Below, piece by piece: positions 39,664 through 49,628 of a stretch of DNA of 64,000 nucleotides. This DNA is from Candidatus Limnocylindrus sp. (lineage in GTDB: Bacteria > Chloroflexota > Limnocylindria > Limnocylindrales > Limnocylindraceae): positions 64,001-128,000 of the forward strand of contig JBBAWM010000002.1 of the NCBI GenBank assembly GCA_040397175.1. The letters run 5' to 3'. The position numbers and the translations under genes were made by a program. Position 1 is the stretch's first letter, and every line of letters starts with the position of its first letter. The notes below the pieces were generated by a model. It saw only the letters and a program-made list of their open reading frames with translations, made no database searches and was not told the origin of the DNA.

Positions 39664-40511
39664 TATGTGCTCGTGGGTGCGACGGGCCGCGCCTTGCTCT
39701 TTGGCGCCGCAACGAGTGCACGGGTGAGCTCCTGTCGTTCAGCGTCGGTGATGAGGCGTAGTTCGCCGGGGGTGAGCCCGCCGAGGCGCACCGGCCCGTA
39801 TCCAACGCGGATCAGTCGCAGGACGGGATGACTGATCGCACCGTAGAGTCGGCGTACCTCATGGTGTCGCCCCTCGCCGATAGAGATGAAGCTCCACTGG
39901 CCCGGATCCATGTCGCCGCCACGCACATCTTCTGGGAGATCATCATCGCGGTGTACACCGCGTGCCTCAATCGCATGTGCCCAGCCATCAGTGAGCCGAA
40001 TGCCTGCACGTAGCCGTTGAAACTCAGCCTCCGCGACCATCGCTTTCGTCGCCGCAGCATAGGCGCGGCGAAGGCCGGCACGAGGGTGTGCCAGTGGCGA
40101 GACCACGCGGCGCTCCTCGGTGAGCAGGAGTAGTCCTTCGCTCTCTCGATCAAGTCGGCCGATGGAGAGCATGCGCGCTGCACGTTCTACACCGAGTGCC
40201 GGGGTCAACGCTTGCGGCAGGGTGATGGTGGCGTAGGGATCAGCATGGGTGGTGGTGACGCCTACCGGTTTGTACCAGGCGAACACATCGGCGCCACCCA
40301 GTCCGTCGCCACTCTCCACAGAAGGGCGCGGCTTTGCTACCAAGGCCTTGCCATCGAGCTCAAGAGGGTCCAACGCATCAAGGCGCTCCCCCAGTGCCAC
40401 TGGGCGCCCTCCCGTAGTGACACGGTGTCCGGCGATGGCCGTGTCGGCACCGCGACGGGAGAGGCCTGAGCGCTCGGCAACGAGGACGTTGACCCGAATC
40501 AGATCAGTCAG
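39663..40511 (-). CDS. rRNA pseudouridine synthase, RsuA/RluB family (start uncertain)
   Basis: S4 domain (SRRGAD), YKPVG, GRLDRESEGLLLLT, EGRHHEVRR; follows scpB. Confidence 0.88.
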   Translation of the reverse strand: MTDLIRVNVLVAERSGLSRRGADTAIAGHRVTTGGRPVALGERLDALDPLELDGKALVAKPRPSVESGDGLGGADVFAWYKPVGVTTTHADPYATITLPQALTPALGVERAARMLSIGRLDRESEGLLLLTEERRVVSPLAHPRAGLRRAYAAATKAMVAEAEFQRLRAGIRLTDGWAHAIEARGVHRDDDLPEDVRGGDMDPGQWSFISIGEGRHHEVRRLYGAISHPVLRLIRVGYGPVRLGGLTPGELRLITDAERQELTRALVAAPKSKARPVAPTST

Positions 40512-41163
40512 TTGCGGCGTCCTCTTGCGCTGGCGTGCTCGGCGCATCGGCATCTGCATCCACGTCGTCACCACGAATCGTTGATGAATCAGTGGCCTCA
40601 CTGCGCAAATCTAGGTGACGCAGGGCCTCGGCATCGCCCTCAAGCGCCGGGAGATCGGCCAGCGAGGCGAGACCGAATCGACGGAGGAACTCCAGCGTCG
40701 TTGCATAGCGGATCGGCCGCCCGGCAGTCTCCAAACGTCCCGCCTCTTCAATGAGCCCACGTTCGAGGAGGACGCGCAGGGCGTAATCGGCATCGACGCC
40801 GCGAATCTCTTCGATGCCGCCCTTGGTGACGGGCTGACGGTAGGCGATGACTGCGAGCGTCTCGAGCGGGGCTGCAGTGAGGTCAGAGCCGCCTGTTCCG
40901 ACCCAAGCAAGGACCGCGCGGGCCTGCTCAACGCCACTGGCCAACTGCAGCTCGTCGCCGTGCGTGATCAGGGTGATACCGCGCTGCGCAAGGTTCGTGG
41001 TGAGCGCGGTTATGAGGCGATCAAGATCGCCCTTCGACGCCTCAAGGAGCTTCGCAGCCTCTCGCCGGGTAATCGGCCGATCTACGACAAAGAGGAGGGC
41101 CTCAAGATCTTCGACGGTGGCTACCCACGGTGCTGCGGCAACACTCTGTCCTTCGTCGCTCAT
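40504..41163 (-). CDS. scpB: SMC-Scp complex subunit ScpB
   Basis: LEALLF, LETLAVIAYRQPVT, IRGVD, GRPIRYATT, FGLASLADLP. Confidence 0.95.
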   Translation of the reverse strand: MSDEGQSVAAAPWVATVEDLEALLFVVDRPITRREAAKLLEASKGDLDRLITALTTNLAQRGITLITHGDELQLASGVEQARAVLAWVGTGGSDLTAAPLETLAVIAYRQPVTKGGIEEIRGVDADYALRVLLERGLIEEAGRLETAGRPIRYATTLEFLRRFGLASLADLPALEGDAEALRHLDLRSEATDSSTIRGDDVDADADAPSTPAQEDAATD

Positions 41164-42017
41164 TCGCTCACCCCCTGCAGAATTGTGATTGGTCCCCACA
41201 GCGCATCTTGACGCACCTCGACCTCTCGCCGCTTGGAGAGCTCCAAGAGGGCTAAGAATGTCACGGCGATGAACGAACGGTCCTGGCGGTCGCCGAGCAG
41301 GGTCTCAAGATCCACCCCCACCACGCCGTTGAGGCGGACCGCCTCACGGATGGCAGAGAGCCGGTCGCTAATGGAGACCTTCATGCCGACCGGCGCGGCG
41401 GAGAGGGCGGCCAACGGCTTCCGTCGCAGGGCGATGCGCACCATAGCGCGAAGGAGGCGCTTTGGGTCTGACTTCATCGGAACAATAGGCTCGACAGGCG
41501 CCGCCTTCGGGCCAGGAAGTTGGCGCGTTGGCGGTTCGCGATACCAGAGCGGCTGCAGCAAGCGGTCGCCTAAGACGCGCGCTGCATCGCGGAAGACGCG
41601 GTACCGCAACAGCCGGATGCGCAGCGTATCGGCCTCATCCTCAACGTCGAGGTCATTCACAAGGTTTGGCGCGGCGGCGATCGGGCGCGGCAACAGCGCA
41701 CGGCTCTTGAGCACAATCAGCTGTGCCGCAACGGAAACAAACGATGAGAGCGTCTCGAGCCGATCATCAGGGATCTCAGCAAAGTAGCGCAGGAACTCGT
41801 CGGCAAATCCGGCAAGTGGCACACGACGCACATCCAACTCATCGCGCTCGATTAGGGCGAGTAACAGGCCATACGGTCCTCTGAATTCCCCAAGCGCCAC
41901 GTATGAGCGTGATCGGCCGAAAAGTCCGCCCTGTTCCCTGCGGAAGATGACCCCCTCAATATCGGGGACCGATGGGTCGGGGAGCTCAAACCCCTCCGCA
42001 ATGCCGCGAACGCTCAT
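41160..42017 (-). CDS. scpA: Segregation and condensation protein ScpA
   Basis: FRGPYGLLLALI, LKSRALLP, TFLALLEL. Confidence 0.92.
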   Translation of the reverse strand: MSVRGIAEGFELPDPSVPDIEGVIFRREQGGLFGRSRSYVALGEFRGPYGLLLALIERDELDVRRVPLAGFADEFLRYFAEIPDDRLETLSSFVSVAAQLIVLKSRALLPRPIAAAPNLVNDLDVEDEADTLRIRLLRYRVFRDAARVLGDRLLQPLWYREPPTRQLPGPKAAPVEPIVPMKSDPKRLLRAMVRIALRRKPLAALSAAPVGMKVSISDRLSAIREAVRLNGVVGVDLETLLGDRQDRSFIAVTFLALLELSKRREVEVRQDALWGPITILQGVSE

Positions 42018-42571
42018 CGCGTCACGCCACTGTCGAGATCAAGGAGGAGACGGGCGCGCGCATTCACTGCAGTGGGTTTCTGCCGAGAGGTGATGCGCGA
42101 CTCCTGGCGTGCGAGCTCCTGCAGGATCGCGATCGTGCCCCTAGGGGCGCCGAGCTTGGCTGCGAGTGCAGGTGCGGCCGATGCGTGGAGTCGCAACCGT
42201 TGTCGCGCACGTGCGTATGGACCGCGGGCCCGCCCCGTCAACGGTGAGCCTTCAAGCACGTGGAGCACGCGGGGTAGAAGGCCGATCCGCCCTTTCGGAA
42301 GGTCGTGCAGGAGTGCTGCGAGTTGATCATCCGGTTTTGCACCGAGACGGCGCAGGCTGGCTGCGATACGCGTTGCGGAGGCCTGATCGGCCGGATGTGC
42401 ATCGGCAAAGGCGCGGCGCGCTCGCGTCGTCGCCCGCAGGACTTGGAGGTGGGCGTCACCCGCTACGCCGACCGGTGCAGTCAGGCCGACGCGAGCCCCC
42501 TGCTGACGGCCGACCGCCTGAAGGTGCAGAAGTACCTGCTGGATCCGGTGGGCGCGGGTCGCAAAATTCAC
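42014..42571 (-). CDS. HD-domain-like protein, possibly degenerate
   Basis: AALLHDLPK motif; GTGA overlap with scpA; upstream -10 element. Confidence 0.6.
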   Translation of the reverse strand: MNFATRAHRIQQVLLHLQAVGRQQGARVGLTAPVGVAGDAHLQVLRATTRARRAFADAHPADQASATRIAASLRRLGAKPDDQLAALLHDLPKGRIGLLPRVLHVLEGSPLTGRARGPYARARQRLRLHASAAPALAAKLGAPRGTIAILQELARQESRITSRQKPTAVNARARLLLDLDSGVTR

Positions 42572-42599
42572 ACCCGAATCCTACCGCCTCGCGGGCCGC

Positions 42600-43538
42600 C
42601 TAGGCCCTCGGGTGGGCCTTCCGATACGAATCCCGCACGTGGCTCCCGAGGAGGTGGGTGTAGAGCTGCGTCGTGGCGATATCGGCATGACCAAGGAGCT
42701 CCTGTACCACACGGAGGTCCGCCCCTCCATCAAGGAGGTGCGTTGCAAATGAGTGGCGCAGCGTATGGGGGTGGATCTCGCTACCGAGGCTTGCCGCGAC
42801 CGCCGCACTACGAATCGCAGCCCAGGCCGACTCCCTGCGTAGCCGCACGCCGCCACGTGACAAGAGGAGCGCCTTCGGCTCGGGCGAGGATCCGCTTGCG
42901 CGGCTGGGGGCCTGCTGATGGATTGCGCGCCAGTGGTCAAGATAAGACTGGATGGCATCGAGCGCCGGCTCGCCAATGGGAACGATGCGCTCACGCCGGC
43001 CCTTCCCGAACAGGCGAACGGATCCGTCGTCCAGATCCAAGGAGTCCAAGTCAAGATCAACGATCTCGCTCACCCGACCGCCCGATCCATAGAGCAACTC
43101 ACCAAGCGCACGGTTCCGCGACGCAGTTGCACGGGCGGCATCACTCTCGTTTGCGGGGGTGCCAAGCGCACCAAGAAGTCGTTCAACTTCTTCGATACCC
43201 AACACCGTCGGCAACGTACGACGTGACCGCGGTAGATCGATCTCATCACTAATTGAGCGTGCAATGATCCCTTCACCCTCAGCGAATCGATAAAGGACGC
43301 GCAGCGCCGCTGCCCTCCGACGCATGGTCGACAGCGCGTTGCCTGGCTGGGCGATCCACTCTTGCGCCGCCTTGGCGGAGCTCTTCCAGGCACCGCTTGC
43401 CCCGAGTGATTGAGCAAACGCCTGATAGTCCCCACGGTAGGCAGCGAGGGTACGCGGGGCGAGGTTCCGTTCGACCCCGAGATAGAGAATGCACGAGTCA
43501 ATCAGGCGATCAATCTCGCTCCGCGCCGCCGTGGGCAT
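42600..43538 (-). CDS. xerD: Tyrosine recombinase XerD-like
   Basis: LYGSGGRVSE, GKGRRER, HPHTLRHSFATHLL, VVQELLGH, TTQLYTH, HPRA. Confidence 0.9.
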   Translation of the reverse strand: MPTAARSEIDRLIDSCILYLGVERNLAPRTLAAYRGDYQAFAQSLGASGAWKSSAKAAQEWIAQPGNALSTMRRRAAALRVLYRFAEGEGIIARSISDEIDLPRSRRTLPTVLGIEEVERLLGALGTPANESDAARATASRNRALGELLYGSGGRVSEIVDLDLDSLDLDDGSVRLFGKGRRERIVPIGEPALDAIQSYLDHWRAIHQQAPSRASGSSPEPKALLLSRGGVRLRRESAWAAIRSAAVAASLGSEIHPHTLRHSFATHLLDGGADLRVVQELLGHADIATTQLYTHLLGSHVRDSYRKAHPRA

Positions 43539-45214
43539 TAGCGGCCGCGACGTGCGTTGGCCAAAAGTTCGTTGGCCGCGGCAGTCGCCCCGCTGCCAGC
43601 CCCTTCGCCGGCCAACATGGCGGCAAGCTCGATCACCCGCTCCTCATCGGTAAGACGCTGCACCTGTGTCAAAGTGCGGCCATCCACCTCCCGCTTAGAG
43701 ACGCGCAGGTGGAAGTCGGCTTGCGCCGCAACTTGAGGAAGATGGGTGACACAGAGAACCTGATGTTGCGCCGAGATGCGGCGCAGGCTTCGGCCGAGAG
43801 TCTCCCCCGCCCGGCCGCCGAGCCCAGCATCAATCTCATCAAAGACAAGGGTGCGCGCCTCGCTCGCATCACTCAGCGCCTCTTCGATGGCGAGCGAGAC
43901 GCGGCTCAGCTCACCGCCAGAGGCGATCTTGGCGATTGGTCCGGCCGGCTCCCCCGCATTCGGCGCGAACATGAACGAAACGTCGTCACCGCCCCCCTGA
44001 TCCACGGCACATGGCAAGCCCTCAACGAGTGGATCGCCCTCTGTGCCGACGCGGGGCGCGAGCGGGATCGCGAAGCTTGGCGGCAGATCGAGCGCGGTGA
44101 GCGCCGCGTTCACTGCGGCAGAAAGCGTGACGGCACCCGCCCGTCGCGCTACCCGGAGTGCGGTGGCGACCTCGCCAACACGCCCGGTGAGTGCGGTGAG
44201 CTGCTGCATGATCTCGACGCGACGCTCCTCGGCGCCATCCAGACGCGCCACCTCGTCGCGGGCACGTGTCAGGGCCAAAAGAAGGCCCGCCTCATCGGTG
44301 CGGAAGCGTCGCTGGAGCGCGAGTAGGAGCGCCAGCCGGTCCTCGAGTTCGCCCAGGCTGCGTGTGCCACCTGCAAATGGCGTGAGTCCAGCCGCCTCGC
44401 GACCAAGGTCATCAATCTCAATGGAGAGGGCGCTCACCCGCTCTTGCAGCGTTGAGGCATCAGCATCGAGGCGCGCTAGTTCCCGCGCGATACGCTCAGC
44501 GCTCGCCGCACGGGCACGCAGGCCGCTGCGATCCTCGTTCAGCGCCTCGCGAAGTTCATCTTGCAGGGCCGAGATGCGCTCACTATTTGAGGCGCGGCGC
44601 AACTCTTCCTTCAGCTCCGCCTCTTCACCCTCGCGCACCGCAGCCGCTTCGAGGTCATCCCGCTCCGTGCGTGCAACCTCCAAGAGTGCGAGGCGCCGCG
44701 TGTCGTCGCCGCCAAGTCCCTGTAACTCATCATGGAGCTCGCTACGCTGCAGCATGAGGCTCGCAACCTCGGCACGAAGCCCCTCGGCCTTCGACCAGCG
44801 GTCAAGGAGTTCGCGTTGCCGACCTGGGTCACCGAGACGCTGCTGATCGTGCTGCCCGTGAATATCTATCCGTGGTCCGATCTCACCGGCCAGTCGCCCG
44901 ATCGTCACCAGCTCATCGTCGATGCGGGCGACTGAGCGTCCTTCGGCGTACACCTCGCGAACAGCGATCTGGTCGCGACCCTGTGCAGTGATTTGTAGGT
45001 CAACCCTGAGGCGTTCAGATCCGGCGCGCACCGCTCCAGAGTCGCCACGGCCACCCCGCGCCAAGGCAAGTGCATCAACGAGGAGCGACTTTCCGGCGCC
45101 AGTCTCACCAGTGAGCACGGTGAGACCGAGTCCAAACTCAACACGAACCGCATCGATGATCGCAAGGCCCGTCACGCCAAGCTCGCGAATGTGCGAACCC
45201 TTCGGCGCACTCAC
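43538..45214 (-). CDS. recN: DNA repair protein RecN
   Basis: LTGETGAGKS, IHGQHD, ASGGELSR, FDEIDAG, VTHLPQVAA. Confidence 0.97.
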   Translation of the reverse strand: MSAPKGSHIRELGVTGLAIIDAVRVEFGLGLTVLTGETGAGKSLLVDALALARGGRGDSGAVRAGSERLRVDLQITAQGRDQIAVREVYAEGRSVARIDDELVTIGRLAGEIGPRIDIHGQHDQQRLGDPGRQRELLDRWSKAEGLRAEVASLMLQRSELHDELQGLGGDDTRRLALLEVARTERDDLEAAAVREGEEAELKEELRRASNSERISALQDELREALNEDRSGLRARAASAERIARELARLDADASTLQERVSALSIEIDDLGREAAGLTPFAGGTRSLGELEDRLALLLALQRRFRTDEAGLLLALTRARDEVARLDGAEERRVEIMQQLTALTGRVGEVATALRVARRAGAVTLSAAVNAALTALDLPPSFAIPLAPRVGTEGDPLVEGLPCAVDQGGGDDVSFMFAPNAGEPAGPIAKIASGGELSRVSLAIEEALSDASEARTLVFDEIDAGLGGRAGETLGRSLRRISAQHQVLCVTHLPQVAAQADFHLRVSKREVDGRTLTQVQRLTDEERVIELAAMLAGEGAGSGATAAANELLANARRGR

Positions 45215-46044
45215 CGTGGGAGGAGGTCAACCTTCTGGCGGACCAAATCCCAGAATGGGGCGGCGCCCTGCAGCTCGACGAAGTTGATGGGCTGCTCCGC
45301 TTCCGTGACGGAGACACGATCGCCAATCTCGAGTGGCTGATCAATCCAACCATCGATCGAGACCACCGCATCTTCGCCCTGCACCACCGTACAGGTGACC
45401 GTCTGCGATGCAGAGACCGTCACCGAGCGGAGGGTCGCGAGGTAGGCGGCAATGGGCGTCACGATGAGATTTCGACTCGTCGGTTCAAGGATCGGACCAC
45501 CGGCCGAGAAGGAGTAGCCTGTGGAACCTGTCGGCGAGGAGACGATCACCCCATCCGCGATATAGGTGGCCAGATGGCTCTCACCAACGGCGACATCTAG
45601 CCGAAGAACTCGTGGGAGGCGGCCGCGCGCGACCACCACGTCGTTGAGCGCGTCGAGCTGCTCCGTGCGCCCATCACCGCGATGAATCGTTGCGCGGAGT
45701 GCCATGCGGGGCTGCGTGGTCCAACGCTTGGCGTGGAGGGCATCAAGGGTCGCCTCAACCTGGAACGCCTCAGCACGCGCAAGGAATCCAATCTTGCCAA
45801 GGTTGACTCCGAGCAGCGGAGTCGTGGTACCTGCGACGGCAGAGGCGGCGCGCAAAAAGGTGCCGTCACCACCGAATGAGATCAAGACCTCGGAGCCAGG
45901 GAGTGCCGCGCGCACCGCGGGAACCTCTTCGGCCGCATGGCCCCAGCACTCTACGCCGTTTGCGGCGCACCAGCCAGCGGCCTCGTCCCACGCCTCTTGG
46001 GCAAGGTCGTTGGTCGGGTTGTAGACAAAACCGAAGCGGCGCAT
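45211..46044 (-). CDS. nadK: NAD kinase
   Basis: GGDGTFL, LND, ADG, TGSTGYSFSAGGP; ATG 46044. Confidence 0.95.
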   Translation of the reverse strand: MRRFGFVYNPTNDLAQEAWDEAAGWCAANGVECWGHAAEEVPAVRAALPGSEVLISFGGDGTFLRAASAVAGTTTPLLGVNLGKIGFLARAEAFQVEATLDALHAKRWTTQPRMALRATIHRGDGRTEQLDALNDVVVARGRLPRVLRLDVAVGESHLATYIADGVIVSSPTGSTGYSFSAGGPILEPTSRNLIVTPIAAYLATLRSVTVSASQTVTCTVVQGEDAVVSIDGWIDQPLEIGDRVSVTEAEQPINFVELQGAAPFWDLVRQKVDLLPR

Positions 46045-46119
46045 GGGTACATCATCGCACATGGGAATCAGCGTTCGCGTTCCCTGCGGGAGGCCGCTGG
46101 GCTCGATGCGCGACGGGGA

Positions 46120-48096
46120 TTACTGGTTGCGCGCGCTCCAGGCGGCCCGGATACGACGCTCGATGCCAGCCTCATCGAGGCCGATCAGCGTGCGAAGATC
46201 TGAGACGCTGCCGTGGTCCACGAAGCTGCCAGCGGGGATCCCGATTGTGACGATGGACGCCTTGACGCGGCGGCCAGTTGCCGATTCATGTGCTGCCAGC
46301 GACTCCACGACGGCACCACCGAATCCACCCGCCTCAACGCTCTCTTCCAGCGTGACGATCAAGTCAGCGGTCTCGCCATAACGGCGCACCATGGTGTGAT
46401 CAAGCGGGCTCGCCCAGATAGCGTTCACGAGGGCGACGGAGATTCCCTCAGCACGTAGGCGCGCAGCCACTGGGAGCACCCGCTGAATGATCGGCCCGAA
46501 GGCCAAAATAGCGATCTGGTTGCCCTCCTCGAGCACCTCCGAAACGCCAACGGGGAGCGGGCTTGGAGTTGTCTCTGGGACGCCGACTACGCTGTCGCGC
46601 GGATAGTGCAGGGCGAATGGATGATCTTGCGCCAGTGCTGTGCGCACGAGCGACCGCAGCTGCTGCTCATCTTTGGGTGACGCGATCAGGAGTCGTGGAA
46701 TCTGACGCTGCGCGGTCAGCATGAACATGCCCTGATGACTCGTGCCGTCTTCGCCAACGAGGCCCGCACGGTCTACACCAATCAGCACAGGCTGATCGTT
46801 CTGACAGACGTCATGCACGATCTGATCCCACGCTCGCTGCAAGAAGGTGGAATAGATCGCAACAACTGGTCGACCGCCACCCATGGCGATTCCCGTAGCC
46901 GCAGCAACGGCGTGCTGCTCGGCGATGCCAACGTCGTAGAAGCGATTGGGGTAGGCGGTGGCGAATTTGTCCAGCCCAGTCCCCGTCGGCATCCCTGCCG
47001 TAATTGCCACAATGCGCCGGTCGCTCGCAGCGGCGGCAACCACCTCAGCGGCAAAGAAGGAGGTGTAGTTGGGCACCTTAGCTGGAGTAGCGATTGGATC
47101 AACGCCCGCCTTGCCGTAGCTGTCGGTAGCGCCAACTGGAACCTTGGGGAGTGCTGCGCCGTGGAAGGTGATCGGATCTACCTCAGCCGGGCGATAGCCG
47201 CGACCCTTCTGTGTCCGTAGATGAACGATCACTGGGCCGTTCATGGTGAAGGCCTTCGCGAACGCCTCTTCGAGTTGCGCGCGGTTGTGTCCGTCGAGAA
47301 CCCCTACATAGGTGATGCCAAGATCTTCAAAGAGACGCCCAGGCTCCTGCACGAAGGAGACGACAGATCGGCGCAGGCTCTTGGACCAGGCGGCAAGTTG
47401 CCGCCCAACGAGCGGTACCCGCGAGATGGTGCGGTCGTACCAGCCCTTGCTCTCTCGCCAGCGACCAGAGAGCTTCACCTTTGAAAGATACGCAGAAATT
47501 GCGCCCACCGTCGGCGAGATAGACATCTCGTTATCGTTGAGCACGATGAGCAGCGGAGTTCCGCGATCGCCAATATCGTTGAGAGCCTCGAGGCTGAGAC
47601 CGCTCATGAGTGCGGCGTCGCCAACGATCACCGCGACTTTCTCGTTGCTACCGCGGACATCGCGCGCCAGTGCCAGCCCTTGGCCGATCGAAATTCCAGT
47701 GCCAGCATGTCCGCCATCAAAGACGTCGTGTGGGGACTCGGTGCGTCGAGGGAAGCCGCCGATGCCACCGAGCTGGCGCAGCGTGCCGAACCGCGCAAGG
47801 CGCCCAGTCAGCAGCTTATGTGGGTACGCCTGGTGCCCAGTATCAAAAACGATGCGGTCTACCGGCGAGTTCATGACGCGATGAAGCGCCACCGTGAGCT
47901 CGACAACGCCGAGGCTTGGGCCAAGGTGTCCGCCAGTAACGGCGGTGGTGGCGATGATGGCGGTTCGGAGCTGCTCTGCAACCTGGTCAAGCTCTGCGCT
48001 GGAGAGCGCCTTGAGGCCGGCGGGGCCGTCGAGGCGAGCGAGTAACGAGTCGGCGCCAACAGCGCGCAGGGCGACCCCTTCGTCAGGCATCCTCAT
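46120..48096 (-). CDS. dxs: 1-deoxy-D-xylulose-5-phosphate synthase
   Basis: GGHLGPSLGVVE, DTGHQAYPHK, GDAAL, NDNEMSI, DVGIAEQHA, YSTFLQRA. Confidence 0.97.
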   Translation of the reverse strand: MRMPDEGVALRAVGADSLLARLDGPAGLKALSSAELDQVAEQLRTAIIATTAVTGGHLGPSLGVVELTVALHRVMNSPVDRIVFDTGHQAYPHKLLTGRLARFGTLRQLGGIGGFPRRTESPHDVFDGGHAGTGISIGQGLALARDVRGSNEKVAVIVGDAALMSGLSLEALNDIGDRGTPLLIVLNDNEMSISPTVGAISAYLSKVKLSGRWRESKGWYDRTISRVPLVGRQLAAWSKSLRRSVVSFVQEPGRLFEDLGITYVGVLDGHNRAQLEEAFAKAFTMNGPVIVHLRTQKGRGYRPAEVDPITFHGAALPKVPVGATDSYGKAGVDPIATPAKVPNYTSFFAAEVVAAAASDRRIVAITAGMPTGTGLDKFATAYPNRFYDVGIAEQHAVAAATGIAMGGGRPVVAIYSTFLQRAWDQIVHDVCQNDQPVLIGVDRAGLVGEDGTSHQGMFMLTAQRQIPRLLIASPKDEQQLRSLVRTALAQDHPFALHYPRDSVVGVPETTPSPLPVGVSEVLEEGNQIAILAFGPIIQRVLPVAARLRAEGISVALVNAIWASPLDHTMVRRYGETADLIVTLEESVEAGGFGGAVVESLAAHESATGRRVKASIVTIGIPAGSFVDHGSVSDLRTLIGLDEAGIERRIRAAWSARNQ

Positions 48097-48370
48097 CCTC
48101 CTCTTCGTCGTCAGTCAACGCCGTAGTTCCATCAGGGAGCAGCTCTTCGACGCGCAAGCGAGCCGCCTGTAACTGCGCCTCGGCGTGCTGTTGGAGCGTG
48201 ACACCCCGTTCGTACTGCCCGACTGCATCCTCAAGATTCGCATCCTGGGTCTCGAGATCATCAACGATGGAGCGGAGTTCCGCAACGGTCGCCTCGAAGC
48301 TTGTTGGAAGCGCGGCGGTCGCATCAGCGTTATGTGTGGTGCGCGCTGGGGTGGCCTTACGCTTCACCAT
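48083..48370 (-). CDS. xseB: Exodeoxyribonuclease VII small subunit
   Basis: SFE...EL..IV..LE.....LEDAV..YERG; follows xseA. Confidence 0.9.
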   Translation of the reverse strand: MVKRKATPARTTHNADATAALPTSFEATVAELRSIVDDLETQDANLEDAVGQYERGVTLQQHAEAQLQAARLRVEELLPDGTTALTDDEEEDEDA

Positions 48371-49628
48371 CGGTTACCCCCTTTGTTCGCTCTGTCACGG
48401 TTGCCCGAAGGGCGCCCTTCGCCAGACGGATTTGGAGCGTCGCCCCCATTGGGGCATCTCGCCAAGAGCGTACCGCCCTTCCCCCATCCCCCGCCACAAT
48501 CGCGTATCCGCGTGCGAGGACCCGCAGGGGCGAGAGGGCCCCCAGAACGAGGTTTAGCTGCCCGAGCGTGTTCGATGCCCCCTGGAGGCGCGCGAGGGCT
48601 GCACGCGCCAGGTCGTCGGAGAGTTGCGCAACCCGCTCGTCGGCGCGTTCGATCCGATCGATCGGACTGACACCATCAAGGGCGCGCGCCACCTCCTGTA
48701 GTCGGCGTTCAGCTCGGTCAAGGGCAAACGCCAGTGCGCGGCCGCCGCGATCTCGCAGGCGCCCAACGTCATGTCGCCACTGCAGCAGATCGCTCGAAAG
48801 TGCGGCGGCGCCAATGCTCGGTGTGCCAGCACGCAGATCTGCGACAAGATCGGCGAGTGTCACATCGGACTCGTGTCCGACGGCAGAGATCATTGGGGTT
48901 GCGGAGGCGGCAATCGCGCGAAGCACCACCTCAGCATTGAACGCACCAAGGTCATCGCTCGATCCGCCCCCGCGCGCCAAGAGGAGCACGCTGATGGCGT
49001 CTGGTCGGCCGCTGCGACGCTCCTTCACCCCGCACGCGTCAATCCGTGCGATCGCCTTGGCAATCTCTTCTGGGGCACCAGCACCTTGCACCGCGGTGTG
49101 CACCACAACAAGGCGTGCGAGTGGCGCTTCACGGCGCAGCACGCGCAGCACATCGTGCAGCACAGCGCCAGAGGTCGAGGTGATCAAACCGATTCCACGA
49201 GGTGCATGTGGGATCGGCCGCTTGCGTGCTACGTCGAAGAGTCCCTCCGCCTGCAGGGTGCGTTTAAGCGCCTCGAGCTCGCGCGAGAGGAGGCCCATGC
49301 CGCCAGCTCGCTCCACCGCTGTGGCAACCAGCTGGTAACGGCTCCGCGGGCTGTAGAGATCGATGCGACCGCGCACAACGACGATCTCGCCGACCACTGG
49401 GGTCTCTTCACCCGGACGAATCGCGCCACGAAAGCGAACCACATCGAGGGTCGCCTCTGCATCGCGAAGCGTGAGGTATTCGTGACCGGCAGAGCTGCGC
49501 ATGGCGCTCTGCACCTCGCCAGCAACGACGCAGTCAGCTAACGATGGATCGGCGCTGATGCGCTCCTTGATGCGAGCGGCAACGTCGGAGACGCTGAGCG
49601 CCTCGACGGGGGCGTCAAACGGGTTCAG
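48357..49628 (-). CDS. xseA: Exodeoxyribonuclease VII large subunit; probable CTG start
   Basis: GLITSTSGAVLHD, RGGGSSDDL, VGHESD, LSPLRVLARGY. The conserved N-terminus LSVSDVAARIKERI...VAGEV lies upstream of the ORF-track start. Confidence 0.93.
   Translation of the reverse strand: MNPFDAPVEALSVSDVAARIKERISADPSLADCVVAGEVQSAMRSSAGHEYLTLRDAEATLDVVRFRGAIRPGEETPVVGEIVVVRGRIDLYSPRSRYQLVATAVERAGGMGLLSRELEALKRTLQAEGLFDVARKRPIPHAPRGIGLITSTSGAVLHDVLRVLRREAPLARLVVVHTAVQGAGAPEEIAKAIARIDACGVKERRSGRPDAISVLLLARGGGSSDDLGAFNAEVVLRAIAASATPMISAVGHESDVTLADLVADLRAGTPSIGAAALSSDLLQWRHDVGRLRDRGGRALAFALDRAERRLQEVARALDGVSPIDRIERADERVAQLSDDLARAALARLQGASNTLGQLNLVLGALSPLRVLARGYAIVAGDGGRAVRSWRDAPMGATLQIRLAKGALRATVTERTKGVTDGEA

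Noticed and set aside
42600-43538. Tyrosine recombinase as the integrase of a mobile element
   Set aside because: XerD-type motifs, coupled to recN within housekeeping genes; no att repeats or cargo
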